Position numbers and translations under genes: made by a program. From a virus, in IMG/VR virus record IMGVR_UViG_3300027631_000002, positions 115,627 to 179,626 of that record: 64,000 nucleotides of DNA. One strand, written 5' to 3'. This document shows, in pieces, positions 19,103-29,229 of this stretch. Within the stretch, counting starts at the first letter, position 1; each line of letters begins with the position of its first letter. The notes beneath the pieces were generated by a model. The model was not told where the DNA came from and searched no databases. It saw only the letters and a list, made by a program, of their open reading frames with translations.

Positions 19103-20809
19103 ATGTCACACATTAGAATAGATAATCAAAAAGCCATGAAAAAATGGTCTCCAGTGTTGGAAAACATGGGAATTACAGGTGATAGAGTAGAATGGATGTC
19201 AGAATATGCTGAATTTCACTCAATCAATGAGAATGCGTATGTAAACGCATCAAACGTAGCAGGTATGGGTAATGTCCTTTCTGCACAACCACAAGCTTAT
19301 GCAGGACAAACAATCGGTGGTTCTTTGGCTGCAGGAACAATTGGTTCAGGTGATGTTGGTCAAAACTTGTTACCAGTTGCAATGAAAATTGCAGGTCAAA
19401 CAATCGGTCTTGACTTAGTTGCTGTTAAACCAACTCCAGGTCCGAAAATCGACTTACTTTATATTGACTTTCAATATGATGATACTCGTTTAGGTGCTGC
19501 TGATGAGAAACCACAAGTTTTCAAAGCTACAGCAGACCAATTATCTGCAGTACAAATTGCTCTAAGAGCTCAAATGACAACTTCTGGTATCGTTGAAACA
19601 CAAGGTGGTTTACAAGGTCCTAGATTATATGTTGTTGGTATCAATGCTAACTCAACTTTAACTACAAATGAACCAGCTGGAAAAGCTAATCTTGTTGAAT
19701 TCTTAGGATTCTCTCGTATCGATGGTTTCCCAATATTCAAAGCTTACAGACAAGCTAATAGTGCAAATGGTTATGCTGCTGGTGGTTCTGCTGCTGCAAC
19801 TTGGGATTTTGATACTACAAGAAATACATTTGGACCAACTCAAGCAATGACTACTGCAATTGGATCATTAGCAGGTGTTACTGTATCTAACGTTTCAATC
19901 TCATTAGTATCTGCATTAGAAGATCACATTCCTGGTTTCTCTGCTAACTGGTACGGACCTTCAACTCAAACTGCTGGTGCTTACCCAATGGACAGACAGA
20001 CAGATGATGATTCTTACTCAGGAGTTATTGGACCAAAAATCTCTTCTAAAACAGTTGCTGTTGGTACTATTGAAGTATCTTCTGCACTTAGAAGAACTGA
20101 GATTGAAGACATCAAAGCTAACACAGGTATGGATATCGTTCAAAAAATGGAATCAATCCTTGTTAATGAATTGTCTCAAACAATCTCTAAACAAATTGTT
20201 AATAAAATCTTCGAAATGGGAGATTTGAATAGAACTAATGCACCTTTAGCAGGAAGTACTTACTCTAATGCTATCACTAATCAAACTTTGTTTGACTTAG
20301 ATACTAAATATGCAGGAGCTTCAAATGGTCCTGGTGGTGAAACTACTCACGCTGTACAAAGAAAATTGATCACGAAAATTGCTCATGCTTCTAACTACAT
20401 CGCAACAGAAGGACGTGTTGGGCCAGCTCAATACTTAATCACAAATGGAGGTTTAGCAGCAGCTTTACAAGATATCGCTGGATACACAATCAATCCATTG
20501 AAATCTAAAATGAACTCTCAAGGTCAATTGTACCCAGTAGGTTCAATCGGAGACATCTCTATCTATGTTGATCCATACATGAGATATAACGATAACAGAA
20601 TCGTTTTAGGAAGAAAAAATAATCCTGATCAACCAGGTATTATTTTCGTACCTTACTTAATGGCTCAGTCAATTAGCATCATCTCTGAGGCTACATTCGC
20701 ACCAAGAATGTTACTTAGATCAAGATATGCAGTAACTGAAGTTGGATGGTACCCACAAAAACAGTTCATGACTATCAAAGTTTCTGATACTCTAGGATTA
20801 CTTAACTAA
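19103..20809 (+). CDS. gp23: Major capsid protein
   Basis: KKWSPVLE, IAGQTIGLDLVAVKP, VYVDPY-like IYVDPY, FVPY, LRSRY. Confidence 0.95.
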   Translation: MSHIRIDNQKAMKKWSPVLENMGITGDRVEWMSEYAEFHSINENAYVNASNVAGMGNVLSAQPQAYAGQTIGGSLAAGTIGSGDVGQNLLPVAMKIAGQTIGLDLVAVKPTPGPKIDLLYIDFQYDDTRLGAADEKPQVFKATADQLSAVQIALRAQMTTSGIVETQGGLQGPRLYVVGINANSTLTTNEPAGKANLVEFLGFSRIDGFPIFKAYRQANSANGYAAGGSAAATWDFDTTRNTFGPTQAMTTAIGSLAGVTVSNVSISLVSALEDHIPGFSANWYGPSTQTAGAYPMDRQTDDDSYSGVIGPKISSKTVAVGTIEVSSALRRTEIEDIKANTGMDIVQKMESILVNELSQTISKQIVNKIFEMGDLNRTNAPLAGSTYSNAITNQTLFDLDTKYAGASNGPGGETTHAVQRKLITKIAHASNYIATEGRVGPAQYLITNGGLAAALQDIAGYTINPLKSKMNSQGQLYPVGSIGDISIYVDPYMRYNDNRIVLGRKNNPDQPGIIFVPYLMAQSISIISEATFAPRMLLRSRYAVTEVGWYPQKQFMTIKVSDTLGLLN

Positions 20810-20828
20810 TTATTAGTTATAATATTTC

Positions 20829-20856
20829 AAAAAAAGACCCAATTGGGTCTTTTTTT
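20829..20856 (+). terminator. Intrinsic terminator after the capsid gene
   Basis: AAAAAGACCCAATTGGGTCTTTTTTT. Confidence 0.8.
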
Positions 20857-20881
20857 GTTTTATATAAATAATATATACAAT

Positions 20882-21274
20882 ATGAAATTAAAGAAATATT
20901 CACAGTTTAATGAATCTAAAAAAGATAAATTTCCTAATATTAAAAAAATGGAAGTTGATGGATTTATTATTCATTTAGGTAAAGATGCCAGATCTAATGA
21001 TCATTTAACATTTAATGTTGCTAATAATGATGACTTATGGATGCACGTAAAAGGTGTTCCAGGAAGTCATGTAGTTATTGTTGTTAAAGATAATATACCT
21101 ACTCCAGAAGTTATTAAAAAAGTTGCTGAAATTGCAAAAGATAATAGTAAGGCAAAAGGTACTGATAAAGCTACAGTGGTTTATTGTAAACGTCGTTTCG
21201 TTTCAAAAAAATCAGGTATGAATGACGGACAAGTTATGGTTGATTATAAAAATGCACATGAAGTCACTATATAA
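20882..21274 (+). CDS. Stand-alone NFACT-R (DUF814) RNA-binding domain protein with N-terminal tag
   Basis: GKDARSNDHLT, DLWMHVKGVPGSHVV, VVYCKRRFVSK. Start reassigned to ATG 20882, 4 nt after TAATATATA. Confidence 0.85.
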   Translation: MKLKKYSQFNESKKDKFPNIKKMEVDGFIIHLGKDARSNDHLTFNVANNDDLWMHVKGVPGSHVVIVVKDNIPTPEVIKKVAEIAKDNSKAKGTDKATVVYCKRRFVSKKSGMNDGQVMVDYKNAHEVTI

Positions 21275-21307
21275 TTTTAATATATAATAAAAATAAAAAC
21301 ATTCTAA

Positions 21308-22684
21308 ATGGCAAATGATTATAAAATGAAATATGAAGATGAAATAAAGATCGCATTTTCTGCTAGGTTAGTAAAACTTCTAACTACAATGGAAGATGAT
21401 CATGATGATTATATTGCATATGAACTTAACTGGATGGCAGATCCTAGGTCTAAATATGCCAATGATATGAATATATCAAGATTGGATATCTCTGATTCAG
21501 ATTATTTCTTTGATGCTATAATAGGTGGAAGAAGACAATATATCAAAATTGGAACATTTTTAAGAAGTTATTTCCCTGGCGTTTATGACGAAGAAAGTAT
21601 TAGAAAATTCTCTACTACTATTGTAAATCTTAAAAAGGGAGTAAAAGTTGCAGTACAACCAGTTGGTACACCAATTGAACATAAGCCATTTGTTTATAAT
21701 CCTAAAGATGTTCGTTCAACATTCTTATCATTAGTAACAAAAACTTATCCAATGGGTCATGAAACTGAGGTTTTAGAGTTTTTACCAGACTTAGAATTAG
21801 ATAAATTTGGGAATTATTATAAAGTAATTGCCGGAGATGATACTACAATGTTTACATCTCACTTAGATACTGCAGATAGAGCTCAATTACCTACTAAACT
21901 TCTATCAAAAATAGAAGATGGTGATGAGTATATTTATACTGATGGTACATCCATATTAGGTGCTGATGATAAAGCAGGAGTTGCAGTAATGTTATATATG
22001 ATGGAAAATAAAATACCAGGTATTTATTACTTCTTTATCGGAGAAGAAAGAGGTGGTATTGGTTCAAGAGATTTGGCAAGTGAATATAATTCATTTGAGT
22101 TTCTAAAAAATGTTAAGAAGTGTGTTTCTTTTGATAGAAGAAAAACTGGTTCAGTTATTACTTCTCAATATGGTAGAGTTTGTTGTTCAAACGAATTTGC
22201 TACAGCACTTTGTAAAGAATATAACAAAAGTGGATTAAACTTATCTACTGATCCAACAGGAGTATTTACCGATTCTGCATCATTTATAGATGATATATCA
22301 GAATGTACTAACGTATCTGTTGGATATAATAACGAGCATACATTTAGAGAGATTCAAAATATGACTTATTTAGAGAAATTAGCAAAAGCTTCTTTAAAAG
22401 TAAATTGGTCACAATTACCTTCAGTAAGAAAAGTAGGTATAAATGAAGAATTATTAAGAAGACATAAAACTTTGATTGATACTGTTAAAAAATCTATATT
22501 TGGGTTAGATGTTAAAGTAGTTGGTGTACAAGATAAAATATTTATTAAAATAGATTTAGATCTTGCTGATGTTAAAACTATTTTTGATACATTATCACAA
22601 GTACAAGGTTTATTATATAAACATAGAACCGCAGATCCTTATGTTGTTTTTGACGAAACAACCATCAAAATAGAATTAAAATAA
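21308..22684 (+). CDS. M28/M20-clan zinc peptidase with an extra N-terminal domain
   Basis: SHLDT, LGADDKAG, GEERG, SFDRR, FTDS, GYNNEH. Confidence 0.8.
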   Translation: MANDYKMKYEDEIKIAFSARLVKLLTTMEDDHDDYIAYELNWMADPRSKYANDMNISRLDISDSDYFFDAIIGGRRQYIKIGTFLRSYFPGVYDEESIRKFSTTIVNLKKGVKVAVQPVGTPIEHKPFVYNPKDVRSTFLSLVTKTYPMGHETEVLEFLPDLELDKFGNYYKVIAGDDTTMFTSHLDTADRAQLPTKLLSKIEDGDEYIYTDGTSILGADDKAGVAVMLYMMENKIPGIYYFFIGEERGGIGSRDLASEYNSFEFLKNVKKCVSFDRRKTGSVITSQYGRVCCSNEFATALCKEYNKSGLNLSTDPTGVFTDSASFIDDISECTNVSVGYNNEHTFREIQNMTYLEKLAKASLKVNWSQLPSVRKVGINEELLRRHKTLIDTVKKSIFGLDVKVVGVQDKIFIKIDLDLADVKTIFDTLSQVQGLLYKHRTADPYVVFDETTIKIELK

Positions 22685-22685
22685 T

Positions 22686-23276
22686 ATGATACAAAAGTAT
22701 AAAAGATTTACAGAAAGAGTTGATGATGATGCCTGGGAAGGTACAGATCAAGATTGGAATGATGATTGGGCGGGTGGTTCTAGAAAGAGCAATTCTTTAG
22801 GATCTCGTTTTGATATGTCTGGTGAAATACCGGATGATGATGAAGATTTCTATGATAGTGAATACTATGGTGGTGCAGCTCATAACTTTGATCATTATGA
22901 TAATAAAGATGGTGATAAAGATAGAGATCCAGATTTATCTGATGAGGATATAGAAGATGATGATATGGAACACTTAAAGTACTTATTAAGAGGTATGTTT
23001 AAAAACAAAGGTATTGAAAATGTTTCTATTACTAATGATAATTTAGACTTATCTATTAGATGTTCTATGGGTCATAGAGAAAGATTAAGTGATGTAATAA
23101 ATGTTTTTGATCTTTTAAATAAATTAAAAATGGATATTCTACCTCAATATGATTCAGAATTTGATATGTGGGAAAATCAAAGAGGTCAAACTTTAGAATT
23201 TGGATTCTATTATGATGAAGGATTAAATGATGATACTGATGAAGATTTTGGAGAAGATGATGAAAGTCCATTTTAA
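22686..23276 (+). CDS. Acidic hypothetical protein with N-terminal tag (MIQKYKRFTE)
   Basis: Asp-rich ORF. Confidence 0.7.
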   Translation: MIQKYKRFTERVDDDAWEGTDQDWNDDWAGGSRKSNSLGSRFDMSGEIPDDDEDFYDSEYYGGAAHNFDHYDNKDGDKDRDPDLSDEDIEDDDMEHLKYLLRGMFKNKGIENVSITNDNLDLSIRCSMGHRERLSDVINVFDLLNKLKMDILPQYDSEFDMWENQRGQTLEFGFYYDEGLNDDTDEDFGEDDESPF

Positions 23277-23306
23277 TTTTGTATATTTGTAAAAAATTAA
23301 ACAATT

Positions 23307-24584
23307 ATGGCAAAAAATGAAAGTATAAATCCTTTAGATATAAAGGATACTTTTTTGAAACTAACTGAATATACAATTCCTTATGGTGATGAAACTAAAT
23401 TGGAAAAATATCTACCAAAAGGATATAAAAAAGATTCTATTGGTAACTATTATATTCAAGTAGGTAATTCAGAAACATTGTTCACAACACACTTAGATAC
23501 TTATTGTACTAAATATGAAAAGGTAAATCACGTTATTGAAGGTGATATTATTAAAACCGATGAAACAACCATATTAGGTGGTGATAATAAATTAGGAATG
23601 TGTATTCTATTATACATGATTTCTAAAGGAATACCTGGAACTTATTACTTCTTCTTGGGAGAAGAACCAATTTTAAGTGGTGGTTTATGGGGATCACAAA
23701 ATGCTTTAAAAGCAAATCCAGAATTCTTCAAAAAATTTAAAAGAGCAGTTGCATTTGATAGAAAACAAACAGGTTCTGTTGTTCTAAGACAGAAAGGTAG
23801 ATTTTGTTGTTCTATTGATTTTGCAGATGCTTTATCAGATGAACTAACTAATCTAGGAGTTGAGTCTAAACCAGATCCAAACGCTTATTATACAGATACT
23901 GCTACTTTCTTAGACATTATTCCAGAATGTACTAACATTAGTGCTGGCGGATGGAATGAACACTATAAAACAGAGTATGTAGATTTATCCTACACTAAAA
24001 AAGTTGCAGAAGCTGCTTGTAAAATTGATTGGGAAAACTTACCAACTGAAAGAAAAGTAACTTATTTTGAACCAAAATATAAAATTGAACCAAGACATCG
24101 TTTCTCTAATAAGAGTGTCGTAAAAGAAGTTAAATTTATTTTAAATAAATATGACTTATTACACACAAATACATTAGAGTATGATACTTATAACACTGAT
24201 ACTCTTGTATTTAATACTTGGTTTGAAGATATTGGTATTAAAGTAACCATTTTAGATGATATTTTAGTTCAAATCGAAGGTCAAAAAGATGTTAAATTTG
24301 ATTTCAAAGATGTTAAAAAATTAAATACATATTTAGGAAATCTATTTGGTATTGATATTAGTCCAGATGATTATAAGATGATGATCTTTAATGACGACTC
24401 GGTGAGCGTATTAGGGATGCGTTTTAAGAGCTTTGAAGAGTATGTTAAATACTTTGATAGTATAAACACGGATGATACGTCATATGTCATTAAAAAAGGT
24501 GGTGAACAATATAAAGAGTATTATGGTGATGTGATACCAAAAGAACTAGTTATTAAGTGGTTTACTGATAATGTTCTTGAATAA
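23307..24584 (+). CDS. Second M28/M20-clan peptidase (paralog of 21308..22684)
   Basis: THLDT, LGGDNKLG, GEEP, AFDRK, YTDT, GGWNEH. Confidence 0.8.
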   Translation: MAKNESINPLDIKDTFLKLTEYTIPYGDETKLEKYLPKGYKKDSIGNYYIQVGNSETLFTTHLDTYCTKYEKVNHVIEGDIIKTDETTILGGDNKLGMCILLYMISKGIPGTYYFFLGEEPILSGGLWGSQNALKANPEFFKKFKRAVAFDRKQTGSVVLRQKGRFCCSIDFADALSDELTNLGVESKPDPNAYYTDTATFLDIIPECTNISAGGWNEHYKTEYVDLSYTKKVAEAACKIDWENLPTERKVTYFEPKYKIEPRHRFSNKSVVKEVKFILNKYDLLHTNTLEYDTYNTDTLVFNTWFEDIGIKVTILDDILVQIEGQKDVKFDFKDVKKLNTYLGNLFGIDISPDDYKMMIFNDDSVSVLGMRFKSFEEYVKYFDSINTDDTSYVIKKGGEQYKEYYGDVIPKELVIKWFTDNVLE

Positions 24585-24650
24585 TAAAAAAAAATAAAGC
24601 CAAAAACTAAACTTTTTGGCTTTTTTAATCTAATATATAAACAAACAATT

Positions 24651-25026
24651 GGGGATGTAATAGCATTGATTCTTGGTTGATTAATAATTATGCAAGTATC
24701 GGGTGGCCTACAATGACCGATTAATAAATTAGATGGTACAATTTTAAACGGCAACGTTAATCAAGTAGGAACAAGTGAAGATTTAGTAGCTTGCTTACAA
24801 AACAATTTGATCTCTAACAGAGATTTAGTAGTAGCTTAATCAAATAAGACTAATACACCAAAAATTCTACAGCTGTGGTCACCAGTTTAAAAGTGAAACT
24901 TTTTTATTAGTACTTTGAGATTCAAAAACTGATTATTTTGTAAGACTTAGAAAAACTTACTAAACTTGTAAACGAATAATTTGCGATGACTAAAAAGACA
25001 CGTGAGGCAGTATCACGTCATCTCCA
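24651..25026 (+). ncRNA. ssrA: tmRNA
   Basis: 5' GGGGATG pairs with 3' CATCTCC-A, including the G3.U alanyl determinant. T-arm CGTGA-GGCAGTA-TCACG. Length about 376 nt. Internal tag frame 24750..24839 reads GNVNQVGTSEDLVACLQNNLISNRDLVVA*. CCA is not encoded (CAA follows). Confidence 0.88.
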
Positions 25027-25030
25027 CAAC

Positions 25031-25060
25031 AAAAAAACCCACTCATGAGTGGGTTTTTTT
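25031..25060 (+). terminator. Terminator after tmRNA
   Basis: AAAAAAACCCACTCATGAGTGGGTTTTTTT. Confidence 0.8.
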
Positions 25061-25075
25061 ATAATATATAAAATT

Positions 25076-25585
25076 ATGATAACAAAATTTGATGGTAGAT
25101 ATGGGTTCTTATCCAATTTCTACCCGTGTAAAATAGAATACCAAGGTATTACATACAATAGTGTTGAAACATACTATGTTGCTATGAAGTGTAATAATGA
25201 CCAAATGATTGATGGTAAATACTATACTGCTGCTGATTTTAGAGAACTGGTTGCTAATATGGCACCTGGTAAAGCTAAACAATTGGGCAAGGTTATAAAA
25301 GTACGTTCTGAGTGGGATTCAAAGAAGTTGGGTTTTATGGAATGGGCAGTTAAAGAGAAGTTCAAAGATGAAACATTAAAAGAAATGTTACTAATGACTG
25401 AAGATAAAGATATTATTGAAGGTAATTATTGGCACGATGTCTATTGGGGTCAATGTACTTGTGAAAAGTGTGTTGGTAAAGGTAAAAATAAATTAGGTAA
25501 ACTTCTAATGGATATAAGAAGTGAATTAAATGGTACTAAAAAACCAAATCTTTTTGATGTTTTATTTAAAGACAAAAAAGCTTAG
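25076..25585 (+). CDS. NADAR (YbiA-like) family protein
   Basis: FLSNFY, IEGNYWHDVYWG, GKNKLGKLLM. Start reassigned to ATG 25076. Confidence 0.85.
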   Translation: MITKFDGRYGFLSNFYPCKIEYQGITYNSVETYYVAMKCNNDQMIDGKYYTAADFRELVANMAPGKAKQLGKVIKVRSEWDSKKLGFMEWAVKEKFKDETLKEMLLMTEDKDIIEGNYWHDVYWGQCTCEKCVGKGKNKLGKLLMDIRSELNGTKKPNLFDVLFKDKKA

Positions 25586-25602
25586 ATTTCTCTAAGCTTT
25601 TT

Positions 25603-26742
25603 TTAATTTCTGTTATCTTCATATCTACCATTAGTTGCTCTAAGTCTCATAGAATAACCTTTAGGTGGGTAAGATTGTAATATACCTTTAGAATAATCAT
25701 CTTCTAACACCTCTGTTTTACGATTAAATAGATTTAATGTAAGAACTTCTACTGGTTGTTCAACAATAACTTTCTTTTGATAAAAAGTTAAGTACATAAA
25801 TGTATCTAAATAAGGCCACTCATCAATATCAGTAGTATCCAAATCAATGAATAGTTTCATTGATGTGTTTAAAACATCATTAAATGATAAATATCCTTCT
25901 TTTTCTCTAACCTCGTCAAATTTAGATAAAACCCATTCATCACAAATATAAGGTTTGTCCATTATCTTTTGTCCACAATTAGTCGTCCATACTAAACATC
26001 TACCAACAAACTTATCAAACATTTTAATTGCAACCATACTGATCTTATCCGGATTCTTTGTATAAAGATCTAAAAAACTTAATTTATCTGTCATACAAGA
26101 ACCACCTAATGATGATTTAGATGCTTGATAGTTTTCTCTTTTATATCCTTCTAAGATTTGTTTACCTGTTAAATACTCAACTCTAATATGATCACCTGTC
26201 TGATATGAAACATAATCATTATGACTTTTCTCTATTTTTTTATTATCAAATAAAGACTCTATTTTAAATATATCTGTATATTGTTTGAAGAATGAAGTTA
26301 AAAATCTACCAAATTTTAAATCAGTACTTCTATTTTTTTCAGAATTTACTAATCTAATCATTCCTTTAGTTTCAGATATATCAAACTTATTATAATCTGG
26401 AAACATCCTTTTATCTTCTATCGAAAGAATATCAATTCTTTTACTTTGAAAAAAAGTAATTAGTTTTTTGGATATTTCAAATTTATCTTTTAAGTTTTCA
26501 ACACCATTTAGACCTAGTATAACTACACCATCAGTAAGTGATCCATCATATTCTTGTTTAAATGCCCAAGAGTAAATATAACCTAGTCTATCGGCGGCTT
26601 GATTTCCTGATTTTTCTGGTTCATTATGACAAATATAGTAGTATGGATCCTCTTGTTGAATTTTACCTTCAATTTGCACACCATCTACAATTGCAATTAC
26701 TCTACTACCTGGTTTGTACTCAATCCCTTTATATATAAGCAT
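25603..26742 (-). CDS. Hypothetical phage protein, paralog of 37936..39027
   Basis: Shared GxSCM, GRxLVW, MDxxY and PYxDT motifs. Confidence 0.7.
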   Translation of the reverse strand: MLIYKGIEYKPGSRVIAIVDGVQIEGKIQQEDPYYYICHNEPEKSGNQAADRLGYIYSWAFKQEYDGSLTDGVVILGLNGVENLKDKFEISKKLITFFQSKRIDILSIEDKRMFPDYNKFDISETKGMIRLVNSEKNRSTDLKFGRFLTSFFKQYTDIFKIESLFDNKKIEKSHNDYVSYQTGDHIRVEYLTGKQILEGYKRENYQASKSSLGGSCMTDKLSFLDLYTKNPDKISMVAIKMFDKFVGRCLVWTTNCGQKIMDKPYICDEWVLSKFDEVREKEGYLSFNDVLNTSMKLFIDLDTTDIDEWPYLDTFMYLTFYQKKVIVEQPVEVLTLNLFNRKTEVLEDDYSKGILQSYPPKGYSMRLRATNGRYEDNRN

Positions 26743-26836
26743 ACTTTTCTATTTTTTATCTTGACAAAAGTAATAAAAAAAAATTATATACCAAACATTT
26801 TCCAATAAAATTATATAATAATAAAAACTATATAAA

Positions 26837-27802
26837 ATGAGCGTCATAAGCTATTTCGGAGGCAAGGCAAACTTTCAATCCTTTATCACACCTAACATTC
26901 CAACGGATTGTAAAACATACATCGAACCATTTTCTGGTTCATTCGCAATATATTTAGATTCTAATTTAGAGTTTACTAATGTTGTATTTAATGATAGAAA
27001 CAGACATCAAGCAAATCTAATGAAATGTTGTTCTCAACCACAAGATTTCTTAGTAGAACTTAAATCCTTATTAGCACCAGGTGGTTTACTTCACACAACT
27101 GAAACAGAATTAGATAAAAAATGGGATTTCTATAAAGCAATTTATAGAACTTATGTTACTAATGATTTCTTAGATGATATGAACTTTGAGATTGGTGATT
27201 TTAAAGTAGGTGCGATTTATGCTTTCTTAATTACATCAAGTTTCAGTTCTGTTTATCCTAGAGGTGGTGGATTTACTGGATTTAAGAAAAAAACAAACAA
27301 ATTAAATCTTTTAATTCTAATCAATAAATTAGAAAAAAACAAATACACTGAAAGGTTACAAAAAATTACTAACTTTCATAATTTAGACTTTGAAGATGTT
27401 ATCACAATGTATGATGCAGAAGATACTTATATGTATTTAGACCCACCTTACGCTCGTTTTAATGACTTAAAAAACGATGATGATGGTAGAAGATTATTTT
27501 GGTATGGTTGTGACACAGAGAACACCTTTGGGATTTCTTCACATAGACGTTTATTAGAATTATTAAAGAGTTCTAAAAGTAGATGGTCATTATCATATTA
27601 CTATTTTCCTTTATTGGAAGAGTTATTACCAAGAGATGAGTATTTTTGGACTTCAAAAGAATTTCATAGACCATCTGCAGTAATTAAGAATAAAGTAGAG
27701 GGAGTTGAGAAAGAAAAGGGTATTGAATTATTGATTATGAACTATGATCCAGAAACTGGAAAAATGTTAAATATAAAAGAAGAAATAAAAGAGGATTTAT
27801 AA
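26837..27802 (+). CDS. dam: DNA adenine methyltransferase (Dam/D12 class)
   Basis: SYFGGK, YIEPFSGS, YLDPPY, ELLIMNY. Confidence 0.85.
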   Translation: MSVISYFGGKANFQSFITPNIPTDCKTYIEPFSGSFAIYLDSNLEFTNVVFNDRNRHQANLMKCCSQPQDFLVELKSLLAPGGLLHTTETELDKKWDFYKAIYRTYVTNDFLDDMNFEIGDFKVGAIYAFLITSSFSSVYPRGGGFTGFKKKTNKLNLLILINKLEKNKYTERLQKITNFHNLDFEDVITMYDAEDTYMYLDPPYARFNDLKNDDDGRRLFWYGCDTENTFGISSHRRLLELLKSSKSRWSLSYYYFPLLEELLPRDEYFWTSKEFHRPSAVIKNKVEGVEKEKGIELLIMNYDPETGKMLNIKEEIKEDL

Positions 27803-27815
27803 TCCTCTTTTTTAT

Positions 27816-28517
27816 TTATTTACTTAACTTCTCTAAATCATCTTTTTCTTTCTCAGTTAAAGAACTCATACCGAATTTACTTATCTTATCAAGTATATCA
27901 TCTAATTCTTTTGGTTCTTGCATATCATCTAGTTTACTACCAACCTTACCAAATGCTTCTAAACTATCTTCTTTGTCTCTTAGATTTGAAGTTCTTGGAT
28001 CTAATCCTTTAAATAATTCTCCTAAATCTTTAAGATCTTTCATAAATTGTCTATCATCCTCAATTTCATCATCAATCTTTTTAATAAATGAAATCATTTT
28101 CTTAGTTGTATCTATTGCGTTTTGTAATACTTTATTTGCTTCTTCTTCTTTACCTTCTGCAACTTTAATATTCTCTATTTTTAATAGATCTAGAATAGAG
28201 TCTGATAATTGATAAACATCAACACCAGTTCTTGATTTTATTAAATCAGAAAGTGATGTTTTATTTGCCATTTCTTTTTGATTTTTAGTAAAATGATATT
28301 TAATAGTATCAAATACTGAATAATCAAATAGTTCAAACATTTTATTCTCAAAATCGTTTTCCACTTTTTTATCTTTAAAAGTAAATGGTATATAAGTACC
28401 TTTTATTCTTTTAATAATAGATTGTATAAATCCACTTGTATTAAGTAATGCTTTTAATACAAATTGTGTAATTTTACCTTCATTTAGAAAGTCGTCATAT
28501 TTCTTAATTCTACTCAT
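27816..28517 (-). CDS. Tagged hypothetical protein with a C-terminal DUF6576-like helix
   Basis: Starts MSRIKKYDDFLNE; ends LDDILDKISKFGMSSLTEKEK. Confidence 0.65.
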   Translation of the reverse strand: MSRIKKYDDFLNEGKITQFVLKALLNTSGFIQSIIKRIKGTYIPFTFKDKKVENDFENKMFELFDYSVFDTIKYHFTKNQKEMANKTSLSDLIKSRTGVDVYQLSDSILDLLKIENIKVAEGKEEEANKVLQNAIDTTKKMISFIKKIDDEIEDDRQFMKDLKDLGELFKGLDPRTSNLRDKEDSLEAFGKVGSKLDDMQEPKELDDILDKISKFGMSSLTEKEKDDLEKLSK

Positions 28518-28522
28518 ATTTT

Positions 28523-29227
28523 TTATTGATTTTTTAGTTTTCTGTCTAATAATTTGGCAATATTTGAACCAATTAAGTAGTGTATATTTTTAATTCCATC
28601 TACTTCAATTGTTTCTATTTCATCCATAAATCTAAATTGGAATTTATATTTATCTTGATCTTCTGGATTTTCGGTTAAATCTTTATCGATTTTGTGTATT
28701 GATAATTCGATATCATAACTATTGTTAATATTCATTTTAAAGTCAAATGTGGTTTTATCACAAGAAACCATTTTAAACTTTGGTTCATACTCTACTTCAA
28801 ATACTGAATACTCTGTAATTTTTGCTCTTTTCATATAATAATTTAAGAACATCGCAGGAGCTTCAATAAAGTCGGACAGTATTTGTATATCTTCTCCAAA
28901 GTTATTTGACTCAATAATATCATCAATTTTCTTTTTCATATCAATAATACTAGTAAATTCTATCCTATGATAAACACAGTTTATATCATAAAGATATAAA
29001 AATGAATTATCAATAATATTTCTTTTATTTAGATCAGTTTTAAAGATAAATTTAGTGTGTATAATAGATATGTCTTCAGTTGATAAACCATGTAAGCAAA
29101 TTACAAGTTTTAAGAACTGTTCATCATCTGATTTTTCATACACTGTATCGATTGATGTAACAACACCATCTTCTTCACTGAAAATCTCTTTAAATGCTTC
29201 TTCTATTTCTGATATTCTAATGTTCAT
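28523..29227 (-). CDS. Hypothetical protein
   Basis: 234-aa ORF within the minus-strand operon. Confidence 0.7.
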   Translation of the reverse strand: MNIRISEIEEAFKEIFSEEDGVVTSIDTVYEKSDDEQFLKLVICLHGLSTEDISIIHTKFIFKTDLNKRNIIDNSFLYLYDINCVYHRIEFTSIIDMKKKIDDIIESNNFGEDIQILSDFIEAPAMFLNYYMKRAKITEYSVFEVEYEPKFKMVSCDKTTFDFKMNINNSYDIELSIHKIDKDLTENPEDQDKYKFQFRFMDEIETIEVDGIKNIHYLIGSNIAKLLDRKLKNQ

Positions 29228-29229
29228 AA

